Origin: Candidatus Uhrbacteria bacterium
GTDB taxonomy: Bacteria > Patescibacteriota > Patescibacteriia > UBA9934 > GWF2-40-263
DNA: 64,000 bases
Reading direction: 5' to 3'
Assembly: GCA_016844925.1 (NCBI GenBank)
Contig: JAERTI010000056.1
Coordinates: 6,978-70,977 of the forward strand
How positions within the stretch are numbered: position 1 is the stretch's first letter; every line of letters starts with the position of its first letter. Positions 47,833-56,761 of this stretch are shown in pieces. A model generated the notes under the pieces. It did not search any database. It was not told the origin of the DNA and saw nothing but the letters and a program-made list of their open reading frames with translations. A program made the translations under genes and the position numbers.

Positions 47833-48966
47833 GTGATCAAAACTGTAACAGACAGCCTGCAACGACAATACGATACGTTCATCGATGAGCCAGATGACTG
47901 GTTTTTCTTTTTGGGCTTGGCCGAGTACATGCAGTATTTGCGTACAACCGAGCTGACAATCCCGCTCATCGAAGGCGTTGAAGAGCAAATGCACCAATTT
48001 GACGATGAGTTCAAGCAGATCCATGCAGCCGTTGAAAAAGAAGCCAAACGAGCTTTTGAGGTCATTCAGGGGCGTATAGCAAAAGCAGGGATCGAAGATG
48101 AAATCATTGAGCGTGAAACAAACGAGTATCACGGTTTTCTTGACGGCACATGGAGCAGCACCGCAAGCCTTGGGCAAAGCCTCTATCGAAACGTGCGAAA
48201 CATCGTGGAAAGACTGCGAAAACTGGATAGAGATGATCTGGTCAAGGAATACTTTGTTCCGTTTGTTCCTGATCCAAAGTTGACTGAAATCTACACAATT
48301 ACACCAAGCCGTGACCGACTTGATGACCTTGAAAAGAAACAAGAGCAATCAAAGAAAACGCAGATTTGGGGTAGCTATTGGCACTTGGAACGTGCCAGAT
48401 GGGCAATCATGGACGGGTTGGACTACATGAACAGGCAGAAAGGAACCTTGCGTGGATCATTGAACCGCATCAATGCGAGTCCTCTGATCCGTGAAATGGC
48501 CGCCATGGAACGACGAGATCCAAATCCGCAACTGCAACGGTTCATCAAAAGAGATTACCTATTTCATGCTCGACGGTTTCACACGTTTGTTTTGAATACT
48601 CTCGCCAAGGTTCCAAAGTATTTGCTCGATGATCAGGAAAACAAAGATGCTGGTAGTGTTCAGCTTGCATACAGCGACGGCACAATCCACATCAGGGGAC
48701 AGTCACTCAGAATTACAAAGCGGCAGCATTCACTCCAAAATCGTCTCATGTTGAAGCTGTTTAGCGATCTGTATGTAAAGTGGGATTTTGAGGATGTTTT
48801 TGATGACCTGTACGAAGAGTCCCGTGGTAAAGATGATTGGAAAAAGCTGTACAAATTGATTGATGCCGTAAACGACAAAGTAGCCGTTGAATCAGATGCC
48901 AAGGAATTGATCCGCAAGAATCGTTACGAGATTTGGATTGATCCTGACTACCTGCCACCGAAGTAG
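47833..48966 (+). CDS. Hypothetical protein with a C-terminal winged-helix-like domain
   Basis: Helical N-region. C-terminal GTIHIRGQSL...LMLKLF...LYKLIDAVNDKV resembles a wHTH. Confidence 0.6.
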   Translation: MIKTVTDSLQRQYDTFIDEPDDWFFFLGLAEYMQYLRTTELTIPLIEGVEEQMHQFDDEFKQIHAAVEKEAKRAFEVIQGRIAKAGIEDEIIERETNEYHGFLDGTWSSTASLGQSLYRNVRNIVERLRKLDRDDLVKEYFVPFVPDPKLTEIYTITPSRDRLDDLEKKQEQSKKTQIWGSYWHLERARWAIMDGLDYMNRQKGTLRGSLNRINASPLIREMAAMERRDPNPQLQRFIKRDYLFHARRFHTFVLNTLAKVPKYLLDDQENKDAGSVQLAYSDGTIHIRGQSLRITKRQHSLQNRLMLKLFSDLYVKWDFEDVFDDLYEESRGKDDWKKLYKLIDAVNDKVAVESDAKELIRKNRYEIWIDPDYLPPK

Positions 48967-49040
48967 TCCCAAAAGTCCTACAACATTTCAGAACCTCCAT
49001 TTGAGTATCGTGCCTCTGTAAAGATTCACGGTACTTTTTT

Positions 49041-49193
49041 GTGTCTGACGACGTAGTAATAAAACAAGAACGAATACCCGTCGATCCGAAGGTCGTCGAG
49101 TTCTTTGCGCTGCTCAACGAACTCGGACAAAAGTACGCTCCCGAACTCTATGAAAATCAAGGACATTCAGATCATCCCAATCAGACCTCGTGA
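49041..49193 (+). CDS. Small 50-aa ORF not in the ORF track
   Basis: GTG...TGA, MSDDVVIKQERIPVDPKVVEFFALLNELGQKYAPELYENQ...; overlaps the spoVG-like start. Confidence 0.45.
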   Translation: MSDDVVIKQERIPVDPKVVEFFALLNELGQKYAPELYENQGHSDHPNQTS

Positions 49194-49413
49194 TGGACTT
49201 GTCGGCTTTGCCAACGTCACGCTCGAAGACGGCCTCCATCTTGGCTCTATCGGCATTCACAAACGACTGGATGGTAGCGGTTACCGTATCACGTATCCAA
49301 CGAAGAAAGTCGGATCAGTAGATACACATATCTACCACCCAACAACGACGCAAACAAGCAGATTGATCGAGCAAGCCGTTACGCAAAGAGCAGAAGAGTT
49401 GTTCGACCTGTAA
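49150..49413 (+). CDS. SpoVG-family nucleic-acid-binding protein
   Basis: MKIKDIQI...GLVGFANVTLEDGLHLGSIGI...ITYPTKK...IYHP matches the SpoVG pattern. Confidence 0.75.
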   Translation: MKIKDIQIIPIRPRDGLVGFANVTLEDGLHLGSIGIHKRLDGSGYRITYPTKKVGSVDTHIYHPTTTQTSRLIEQAVTQRAEELFDL

Positions 49414-49445
49414 CGGCAAATCAAAGATGTAACAAAGACGTAACT

Positions 49446-50600
49446 ATGATTGACACCGTTGTAATTATGCTTGACAAAGGCCACTACTTCATCACAGATC
49501 CGCAACGCTTTTCGCCCGCCCTGATGGTTCGAGATGAAGAAAACATTCCCTATACAAAGCATGTAAACAATCCAACAAAGCGGCAGAAAGAGGATGTCTA
49601 CTATCCTCGACTGACTTTGCACTATCGCTCATATGGAAAGAAGTTCGAGCAACCTCTCGCTATTGAGTTTTCTGTACCAAAACTACTGTATGGCAACAAC
49701 CTCGATGAGCTTGAAGATTCAGATTTCAAAACGATTGTCAGCACCCTCAAACGTCGCTGCGATGAGATGGGAGTCAAAATCTGGGTCGGATCGCTCGACA
49801 ACGCACACGTTTCAACAATCCATTTTGGAAAAAACATTGAGTTGAAAGACGGCTATACCAGCACGCTTGCGATTCAAGAAATTGCCAAGCTGCACGGCTC
49901 AACACAGCAAGACCACAACAAGGCGGACTTTCGCAACGAAGGTCATGCGTACCAGATCTACACAAAGAACAGATCAATCGTTCTGTACGACAAAATGGCT
50001 GACATCAACAAGCCTGTCAGCCGAGCCATCGACAAGGACAAGGTAGCTGCCCAGCTTTCACTCTTCGATGTTCTCAAAGAACAAAACAAGCCACCTGAAA
50101 TCCTGCGTATCGAAGTCCGATACACCAACCGACGACTTCTCAAAACCGAGCTTTCAAGGCTCGGCATCAACGTGGAGCTGACATTCCAACAGCTTTTCAG
50201 CAAAGTGATCGCCCAGAAGGTCTTGCAATCACATTGGGAGCGTATCTATGACAAGCGAGTACATTTCGCTCTTTCGATGGAACGTAGGCCGCAAGCTGTT
50301 CTCAAACAGCTTCTACTCACGCACCCAGACATGAAACCGAAACGTGCCATTGAATTGGTTGGCATGTACGTCTTGGCACGTGACAATGCTGGACTGCTTG
50401 GCGTGCGTACAGCTGTGCAATCACTTCGACCAAAAACAAATTGGCATCGCTTCAAAAAGCAGCTCGAAGCATTTGAAGACCCACCGTTTCCGCTTGTTGT
50501 TCACGGCTTCGTGAATGACATCAAAACACAGCTCAAAGACTTCAAATCGCTTCGGTATTCAGTTGCTGTCGATGCCGATGTGCGACATAATCAATCATAA
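49446..50600 (+). CDS. Phage/plasmid replication initiator (gpII/X, Rep_trans-like)
   Basis: MIDT N-terminus, IEFSVPKLLYGNN, VSTIHFGKN (equivalent to the RxD motif), LYDK and LRIEVR. Confidence 0.7.
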   Translation: MIDTVVIMLDKGHYFITDPQRFSPALMVRDEENIPYTKHVNNPTKRQKEDVYYPRLTLHYRSYGKKFEQPLAIEFSVPKLLYGNNLDELEDSDFKTIVSTLKRRCDEMGVKIWVGSLDNAHVSTIHFGKNIELKDGYTSTLAIQEIAKLHGSTQQDHNKADFRNEGHAYQIYTKNRSIVLYDKMADINKPVSRAIDKDKVAAQLSLFDVLKEQNKPPEILRIEVRYTNRRLLKTELSRLGINVELTFQQLFSKVIAQKVLQSHWERIYDKRVHFALSMERRPQAVLKQLLLTHPDMKPKRAIELVGMYVLARDNAGLLGVRTAVQSLRPKTNWHRFKKQLEAFEDPPFPLVVHGFVNDIKTQLKDFKSLRYSVAVDADVRHNQS

Positions 50601-50612
50601 GAACGTCATACT

Positions 50613-52175
50613 ATGCGTGGAATCATTCTTGCCAGAGTCTCAACCGACGAACAAATGCAAACAGGGCAATCAATCCCTGCTCAACTTGAACGTGCAAGAC
50701 TCTACTCAAACAAAAAATCACTCATCGTTGCAGATGACGACGAGTACCAGTTCGACGAATCATCGCTACTGGATCATCGAAAGAAGTTCGAGGCTGTTCT
50801 CGACAAGATTCGTGCATCCAAAGAACCGATAGCCTTGGTCGTCGAAACTGTTGATCGCTTGCAACGCAGTTTCAAGGAATCCGTTGAACTGGATGCGCTT
50901 CGTAAATCAGGAAAGCTCGAAATCCACTTCATCCGTGAAAACCTTGTCATCCACAAGGATTCAACGGGATCAGAGATTCAACGATGGGATCTTGCCGTAT
51001 TTACGGCCAAGTCCTACGTGTTGAGTATTAGCGACAACGTGAAGCGAACTTTTGAACGAAAGATCCGTGACGGGCAATGGCTCGGCATGGCCTACATCGG
51101 CTACCTCAACGAACGAAGCGATGACGACAAAGAAGGTTTGATCGTACCCGACCCAGAACGTGCCATGTTCATCGTACGAGCCTACGAGCTATACGCAACT
51201 GGCCTTGAATCGCTTGCCAGCGTCCGTGAGAAGCTCATAGATGCAGGTTTCCGCACTCGAAAGGGCAACAAGCCTTCCAAGAGTCAGATTGAACGTATCC
51301 TCAAAAACAAGTTCTACTACGGCATCATGACTGTGAAGGGCAAAGAATACCCACACAAGTACCAGCCGCTCATCTCAAAGGGTTTGTTCGACAAAGTTCA
51401 AGATGTTTTTGCTGGCAAGACCAGTCGACCAAACAAAGTGCTGACCTCTGACAGGTTCATCTTCAAAGGTCTCATTCGCTGCGGTCATCCTGATTGTGGT
51501 TGTACGGTCACGCACGAGCGAAAGAAAAAGAAATACAACATGTACAGCTGCACGAACTCAAAGAAAGTTCATGAAGGACGGAAGTACATCAACGAAGAAG
51601 ATTTCTTGACGCAAATCTACGGCGTATTTGAGGCTCTGACGCTTTCTGACGAGCAAGTCGAGGAAATCACCGAAGAGATCAAGAAATCGCAAGCAGCGAA
51701 GAATCTGTATCACACGAATGCTTTGAAGGGCTTGCGTGAAAAATACGACAGCTACCAAGGCAAGATCGACCGTCTTCTCGACTTATTTGTTGATGGGAGT
51801 ATTACTAAGGCGGATCATGACAGAAAGTTGAAACAGTACAAAGAAGAACAGTATGACATTGAGCGTCAGATCACCGACCACACACAGGCAGACGAAAACT
51901 TCTATTTGTCCGCAACCCAGCTACTAAACGTTGCTCGTCACGCTCGTGTGATCTTTGAGCGTTCGGAACCACAAGAAAAACGCCAACTTCTCAATTTTGT
52001 ATTTCAGAACTTCGTTTTGAACGATCGTGAATTGGTTTACGAAGTCAGAAGTCCAATGAAATCAATCATTTCCTGCAAGGAAGCAGCGTCACACAAACAT
52101 AAAACGACCAGCGTTTCTGCTGATCGTCCTATGTGGCTCGGGGGGAGGGATTCGAACCCTCGACCCATTGGTTAA
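50613..52175 (+). CDS. Large serine recombinase (integrase)
   Basis: ARVSTDEQ catalytic Ser, DRLQR, recombinase domain, Zn ribbon (CGHPDCGC...YSC) and coiled coil. The last 13 codons are antisense tRNA. Confidence 0.93.
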   Translation: MRGIILARVSTDEQMQTGQSIPAQLERARLYSNKKSLIVADDDEYQFDESSLLDHRKKFEAVLDKIRASKEPIALVVETVDRLQRSFKESVELDALRKSGKLEIHFIRENLVIHKDSTGSEIQRWDLAVFTAKSYVLSISDNVKRTFERKIRDGQWLGMAYIGYLNERSDDDKEGLIVPDPERAMFIVRAYELYATGLESLASVREKLIDAGFRTRKGNKPSKSQIERILKNKFYYGIMTVKGKEYPHKYQPLISKGLFDKVQDVFAGKTSRPNKVLTSDRFIFKGLIRCGHPDCGCTVTHERKKKKYNMYSCTNSKKVHEGRKYINEEDFLTQIYGVFEALTLSDEQVEEITEEIKKSQAAKNLYHTNALKGLREKYDSYQGKIDRLLDLFVDGSITKADHDRKLKQYKEEQYDIERQITDHTQADENFYLSATQLLNVARHARVIFERSEPQEKRQLLNFVFQNFVLNDRELVYEVRSPMKSIISCKEAASHKHKTTSVSADRPMWLGGRDSNPRPIG

Positions 52176-52208
52176 CAGCCAATTGCTCTGCCACTGAGCT
52201 ACCCCCGA
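52134..52208 (-). tRNA. tRNA-Asn (GTT)
   Basis: Acceptor TCGGGGG/CCCCCGA, D arm GCTC/GAGC, anticodon arm ATTGG-CTGTTAA-CCAAT, T arm GAGGG-TTCGAAT-CCCTC, 3' GCCA. Confidence 0.97.
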
Positions 52209-52296
52209 ATGTTTCTTTTTTTAAGAACGACAGGAGTATAACAAGGGTTTTGATGTGATGCAAGACCTGTTGGGGAGAAGTGATATACTTAGTTCC

Positions 52297-53406
52297 ATGT
52301 TGAACTTTGCGAAGAAAATTTTGCGATTCCGTGCACTAAAACGGTTGTATGCGCGCCATGAGCGGGCGCTTGTGCCGGCGATGCTTTTGATTGGTGTGGT
52401 CGTTGATGTGGTGACGTTTCGGACCATTGAGGTGAATACGGCGTTTCTTGTTTTGGGAGTGTACGCTGTCTTAGCCGGAGTGATGATCGCTCTGATGCAT
52501 TGGTACGACTCGAGCAAGCGACTTATTGAAAAGCCAACAGGGTTCGGGTATCTGCGACTCATCGCACCGCTCATTGTTCAGTTTACTTTTGGTGCGCTGC
52601 TGAGCGCGTCACTGATCTTCTATTGGTTCTCTGGTGCCTTCACCGTCTCATGGCCGTTCATTCTCGCGATCATCCTTCTCATGGGCGCGAACGATGTATT
52701 TCGAGAGCAATACCTCAAGCCGATCGTTCAGCTGAGTGTGTATTACTTCATTCTTTTCTCCGTGCTCTCGGTGGCCTTTCCGTTCCTGTTCAACTCCTTG
52801 AGTAGCTGGGTCTTTGTCTCCGCCGGGATTGCAAGCTTGGTTCTTGCGCTTGTGTATATCCGACTCTTGTTCCTACTAAGGCCTGACCTGCTGCACATGC
52901 GTCCGCATCCGATGATCCCTGTGGGGGTGATCTTTCTTGTGATGAACGGACTGTATTTTCTAAACATCATTCCTCCGATTCCACTCTCGCTCACCGATGC
53001 AGGGGTCTACCATTCCGTGGAGCGCACAGGATCTACGTACACAGTTCTAGCTGAAGAGGAGAGTTTGATCGATCAAATCCTTCCAGGTGAGACGATTCAC
53101 GCAGTTCCAGGAGAGCGGATCTATGTGTACGCTTCGATCTTTGCGCCGGTCGATCTGAACACGACAGTTGTTCATCATTGGCAGCGTTACATTGAAGGGC
53201 AGGGGTGGGTGAGTGTGAATCGGCTTTCGTACAATATTAGTGGCGGTAGAGCTGATGGTTATAGGGGCTATTCTTATGCAACATCACACTCCCCAGGTAC
53301 CTGGAGAGTGGACGTGGAAACACAGCGAGGGCAAGTGATTGGTCGTGTGCGGTTTGAAATCGAGGAGCCTGATGGTCCTCTGGCTCTCATTGAACACAAA
53401 AAATAA
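52297..53406 (+). CDS. DUF2914-domain membrane protein
   Basis: Multi-TM N-region. C-terminal IFAP...HHWQ...GGRADGYRGYS...GTWRVDV. Confidence 0.8.
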   Translation: MLNFAKKILRFRALKRLYARHERALVPAMLLIGVVVDVVTFRTIEVNTAFLVLGVYAVLAGVMIALMHWYDSSKRLIEKPTGFGYLRLIAPLIVQFTFGALLSASLIFYWFSGAFTVSWPFILAIILLMGANDVFREQYLKPIVQLSVYYFILFSVLSVAFPFLFNSLSSWVFVSAGIASLVLALVYIRLLFLLRPDLLHMRPHPMIPVGVIFLVMNGLYFLNIIPPIPLSLTDAGVYHSVERTGSTYTVLAEEESLIDQILPGETIHAVPGERIYVYASIFAPVDLNTTVVHHWQRYIEGQGWVSVNRLSYNISGGRADGYRGYSYATSHSPGTWRVDVETQRGQVIGRVRFEIEEPDGPLALIEHKK

Positions 53407-53446
53407 AAAGACTCCCGTGGGGAGTCAGGTGTCGAGCGTGTCTCGA

Positions 53447-54130
53447 CTAGGAGCGGGTACACATGTAGTGGGTGTACCCGTTTTCGATGTGCTTGTAGAG
53501 CGAGGCGCAGGCCAGGAACATGGCTGCGGTACCCGCCAGGTCGATCAGGATCGGCATCATCTTCAGCGTGGCCAGTGGGTTGTCGCCCCAGTAGAGCGGC
53601 CTGGTGCCGAAGACCAGGATCACGATGAACACCACCTCGGCGTACACCTTGTACTTGCCCCACTGGTTGGCACCGCCGGTGTCCAGCTTCAGCCAACGCT
53701 TGACCGGACGGACCAGTGTGAGGGCCAGGGCCAGCAAGGTGATGGCAAAGACGATGCCCTTGTCCACACGCTCCAGACCGACGGTCCAAAGCAGTCCGAT
53801 GAAGCGGATCTTGTCCACCACCGGGTCCAGGGCGCGACCCATGTTGGTCACGCCACGGTGGTTCATCCGCTTCCAGACAGAGAGCTCTTCCTCTCTCTCC
53901 CGGCTCATGACAGGTTCGTCGCTCTGCTGGAACCGCGCGAGCGCGCCGTCCCACCAGTCCGTGAGGAAGCTCAGTGTGAGCACGCCGACGGCGGCCCAGT
54001 CCAGGTCCAGCTGGAACAGTCCGATGCCGATCAGGGCCAGAGCCCCTCCAGCGACTGTGACCCAGCAGGGAGTCGTCCAGTTCAGAGCCTGTCCGATGAC
54101 AGACTCCGAACGGCGCTTCATATCGTTCAT
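53447..54130 (-). CDS. CDP-alcohol phosphatidyltransferase family protein (GC3-rich class)
   Basis: TDWWDGALAR...GRALDPVVDK signature, with an insertion. GAGGT SD. Confidence 0.85.
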   Translation of the reverse strand: MNDMKRRSESVIGQALNWTTPCWVTVAGGALALIGIGLFQLDLDWAAVGVLTLSFLTDWWDGALARFQQSDEPVMSREREEELSVWKRMNHRGVTNMGRALDPVVDKIRFIGLLWTVGLERVDKGIVFAITLLALALTLVRPVKRWLKLDTGGANQWGKYKVYAEVVFIVILVFGTRPLYWGDNPLATLKMMPILIDLAGTAAMFLACASLYKHIENGYTHYMCTRS

Positions 54131-54141
54131 CCTACCTCTCT

Positions 54142-55203
54142 TTACCGCATTGTGCGGAGGTTTCCACCCCAATGGTGGGTGTAGATGACCCAGGCCATGT
54201 CCTCGAGCCAGCTGAGCTGGGTGAGGCGGCCCTGATCACGGAGCACTTCCAGCGGCCCGCCCTGGGGCAGGGGGATTGTGTCCGTGACGATGATCTTGGT
54301 GACGGGGCAGTCATCTGCAGTGAACCGCTCAGCGGCCTTCCCACAGCAGACAGCATGTGTTGCTGCGGCCCAGACGTCATCTGCTCCGTAGCCTCGCAGG
54401 ACCTGACCGAAGTCCATCATCGAGCCGGCCGTAGCGATCTCGTCATCGATCATGGCGACCACTCGACCTTCGACGTCCTCACGTCTTCCGACGATGTCGA
54501 CGATCTTGGTCTTCTTCGCGCTGACTCGTCGCTTCAAGGCGATGATGTCCGGGAAGGTGAGACCGAGCTCCTTCTCGATGGCCTCGCGTGCCGGGTCGTA
54601 ACGCTTGCGAGCGCTGTCGTCCGGGAAGGCGAGGCAGAGCTTCGTGGGGTCCACAGCCATGTCGATCACCTTCTTGAGGAGTCGACGCGTCAGGTAGACG
54701 GGTGTGACGAGGCCAGGCCGGCCCGCCATAGCGATCTGCTCGCTGTGCGGATCTGCGCAGACCCAGCGGTACAGACCCTTGGGTCCGCATGCCGCCTTGG
54801 CCAGCTGCACCAGCATCGGTGGCATGGTGAGCTCCTTGTCACCTTCATCCTTGTCTGAGCGACAGAGGGGGAAGTAGCCGGTGATGACTAGGACCCGAGC
54901 TGCCTTGCGACCACTCATGTACGAGAGGGTCCAGAGCAGGTCCATGACCATCTTGTCCGTGCCGGGGCCCGAACCGATGACCACGCAGTCATGCTCACCG
55001 ATGTGCTTGCTTTCGAGCTGCACGAAGGTCTCGCCGCTGGGGCGCAGGTTGAAGCTCGGAGTGGCGACGTCGACGGGCGTGACACGCTCGCCTTCTCGTG
55101 CTCCTCGTTCTTCGATGTGCCTTGCTACACGCGCGGCAGCAGCCTCGAAGCCGGGGAGAGGGACCAGGGTCAGTCCGCCGTGTTTGTTGAAAGGAGCGTT
55201 CAC
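54142..55203 (-). CDS. prs: Ribose-phosphate pyrophosphokinase (divergent; GC3-rich class)
   Basis: SGETFV, RSDK, DPHSEQ, PD, KRR, IDDEIATAGS, ATHA and VTDTIP motifs. GGAGG SD. Confidence 0.85.
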   Translation of the reverse strand: MNAPFNKHGGLTLVPLPGFEAAAARVARHIEERGAREGERVTPVDVATPSFNLRPSGETFVQLESKHIGEHDCVVIGSGPGTDKMVMDLLWTLSYMSGRKAARVLVITGYFPLCRSDKDEGDKELTMPPMLVQLAKAACGPKGLYRWVCADPHSEQIAMAGRPGLVTPVYLTRRLLKKVIDMAVDPTKLCLAFPDDSARKRYDPAREAIEKELGLTFPDIIALKRRVSAKKTKIVDIVGRREDVEGRVVAMIDDEIATAGSMMDFGQVLRGYGADDVWAAATHAVCCGKAAERFTADDCPVTKIIVTDTIPLPQGGPLEVLRDQGRLTQLSWLEDMAWVIYTHHWGGNLRTMR

Positions 55204-55241
55204 GATCGATTCCTCCAGTCCTCAGAATTGAGGAACGTGCA

Positions 55242-55270
55242 AATCTAACCATAAAACAGCCTCACGTCAA
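55242..55270 (-). promoter_or_regulatory. Promoter TTGACG-N17-TAGATT
   Basis: 17-nt spacing. The -35 lies in the loop region of the upstream gene's terminator hairpin (AAACAGCCT/AGGCTGTTT). Confidence 0.55.
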
Positions 55271-55277
55271 GGCTGTT

Positions 55278-55646
55278 TTATCGTTCTGATCTTGGGTCCC
55301 AGGTGTCTCTAGGCTGCTTCTTTTGATGCGCGTACGCATCATTAATGCTCATTTGTCTCCGCACGTCCTCGAGATCTTTGAGGTCCTGTACGTGTTGCGC
55401 AAGTTTCTCTCGGCGCGCTTTTACGCGAGGGTGCTTACCCGCTTCACCGAGAAGGCGCCCAAAGAGTTTGTTTCGATACTTCCCAGGACGCACCCCCATG
55501 ACATTCAGCGCCTTGCCCGCCGCACCTTTTCCATCTGGATCACGATCGAGGTCTGTGTTGTCGAGTGTGTAGTTAAACTGTTCGACGATCTTATTCCACG
55601 TCTCCTGCTCAATGCGCCGACGTTGTTCGTAAGGAAGGTACCCCAT
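55278..55646 (-). CDS. Hypothetical basic protein
   Basis: 122 aa ORF following metK (38-nt overlap). Confidence 0.55.
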   Translation of the reverse strand: MGYLPYEQRRRIEQETWNKIVEQFNYTLDNTDLDRDPDGKGAAGKALNVMGVRPGKYRNKLFGRLLGEAGKHPRVKARREKLAQHVQDLKDLEDVRRQMSINDAYAHQKKQPRDTWDPRSER

Positions 55647-56718
55647 AGGCGTCTATTGTATCAGGCTCGTCGATCCGTTCCCAGGGCGCGCTCGCGTGGG
55701 TGAAGTGTCCGCTGGTGCAGTTGGCTTGGTAGATCGGTGTGCGCAGGTCCAGCGTGGCGATGATGGCTTTGGGGCGGAAGTCGAAGTTTTCAAGGAGATG
55801 GTCAAGCGTCCGTCCGTCGCCATCGATGGCGTGCACCATCAGAGGCTCTGCCATGCCGATCGCGTAGGCAACGGAAACGAGACATTCATCAGCAGCGCCG
55901 GAAGCGACAAGTTGCTTTGCGACGTAGCGCGCCATGTAGGCACCTGAGCGGTCTACCTTCGATGGATCTTTTCCAGAGAACGCTCCGCCACCATGGGGAA
56001 TCACACCGCCATAGGTGTCGACCATGATCTTGCGACCGGTGAGTCCTGCATCTGCCTCAAACCCGCCAACAACAAAGCTCCCGGAGGGATTGATGATGAG
56101 ATTGGTTGGGGGAGCGAGTCGGTAGTGGGAGAGGACGGGAATGACGACGTGCGTGACCAACTCAGCGCGAATCTGTTCTTGCGCCACATCTTCATTGTGT
56201 TGAACACTCAAGAGAATGGTTTCAATCAGTCCGTCACGAACGGTTACCTGACTCTTTCCATCAGGACGCAGCCAGGCAAGGGTCTTGTCGCCTCGCACTT
56301 GATCGAGTCGACGTGTCAGAGCATGTGCCACGGCTGTAGCGATCGGGAGGAGTTCTGGTGTTTGGTTGCAAGCATAGCCGTACATGATTCCTTGATCGCC
56401 GGCACCACCATCATCTACTCCTGCAGCGATTTCGGGTGATTGCTGCACGACGTATTCCAGGATGTTGAGTGGGTCCGTGTGGCCGATATCGCGATACACA
56501 CGCTCAGCGATGGCCCGGTGGTTTACTTGTGCTGTTGAAGTAATCTCTCCACCAATGACGAGGGTGCCATGGGAACCAAACGTTTCGACGGCGACACGCG
56601 CAGATGGATCTTGGGCAAGGTGAGCGTCGAGTATCGCATCGGAAATCTGATCACAGACTTTGTCTGGGTGACCGGCGGTAACAGACTCACAAGTATAAAG
56701 AGAAGGGAGGTGACTCAT
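55609..56718 (-). CDS. metK: S-adenosylmethionine synthetase
   Basis: ESVTAGHPDK, GAGDQG, RPDGKSQV, GLTGRKI and GGGAFSGKDPSKVDRS motifs. Confidence 0.96.
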   Translation of the reverse strand: MSHLPSLYTCESVTAGHPDKVCDQISDAILDAHLAQDPSARVAVETFGSHGTLVIGGEITSTAQVNHRAIAERVYRDIGHTDPLNILEYVVQQSPEIAAGVDDGGAGDQGIMYGYACNQTPELLPIATAVAHALTRRLDQVRGDKTLAWLRPDGKSQVTVRDGLIETILLSVQHNEDVAQEQIRAELVTHVVIPVLSHYRLAPPTNLIINPSGSFVVGGFEADAGLTGRKIMVDTYGGVIPHGGGAFSGKDPSKVDRSGAYMARYVAKQLVASGAADECLVSVAYAIGMAEPLMVHAIDGDGRTLDHLLENFDFRPKAIIATLDLRTPIYQANCTSGHFTHASAPWERIDEPDTIDAYGVPSLRTTSAH

Positions 56719-56723
56719 AAGGG

Positions 56724-56758
56724 TAAAAATAAAACGACATCTCGCAGGAGATGTTCAT
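56724..56758 (-). terminator. Riboswitch expression-platform terminator
   Basis: Minus strand ACATCTC-CTGC-GAGATGT followed by CGTTTTATTTTT, directly after the aptamer. Confidence 0.75.
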
Positions 56759-56761
56759 AAA

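Larger units (their letters stand above)
46725..52139 (+). mobile_element. ~5.4 kb integrative element (Rep, SpoVG-like protein, large serine recombinase) in the tRNA-Asn 3' end
   Basis: TGGCTC direct repeat at 46725-46730 and 52134-52139, the latter being the tRNA 3' GAGCCA. The recombinase reads into the tRNA. An in-frame orphan C-terminus lies at the left end. Confidence 0.8.

Noticed and set aside
46801-52175. Element as an inovirus prophage
   Set aside because: No Zot/pI ATPase and no recognisable coat-gene array; only replication and integration functions.
55609-55646. metK frameshift suggested by the 38-nt overlap with the next ORF
   Set aside because: MetK motifs are complete through the terminal PWE; the overlap is only a short non-conserved tail.
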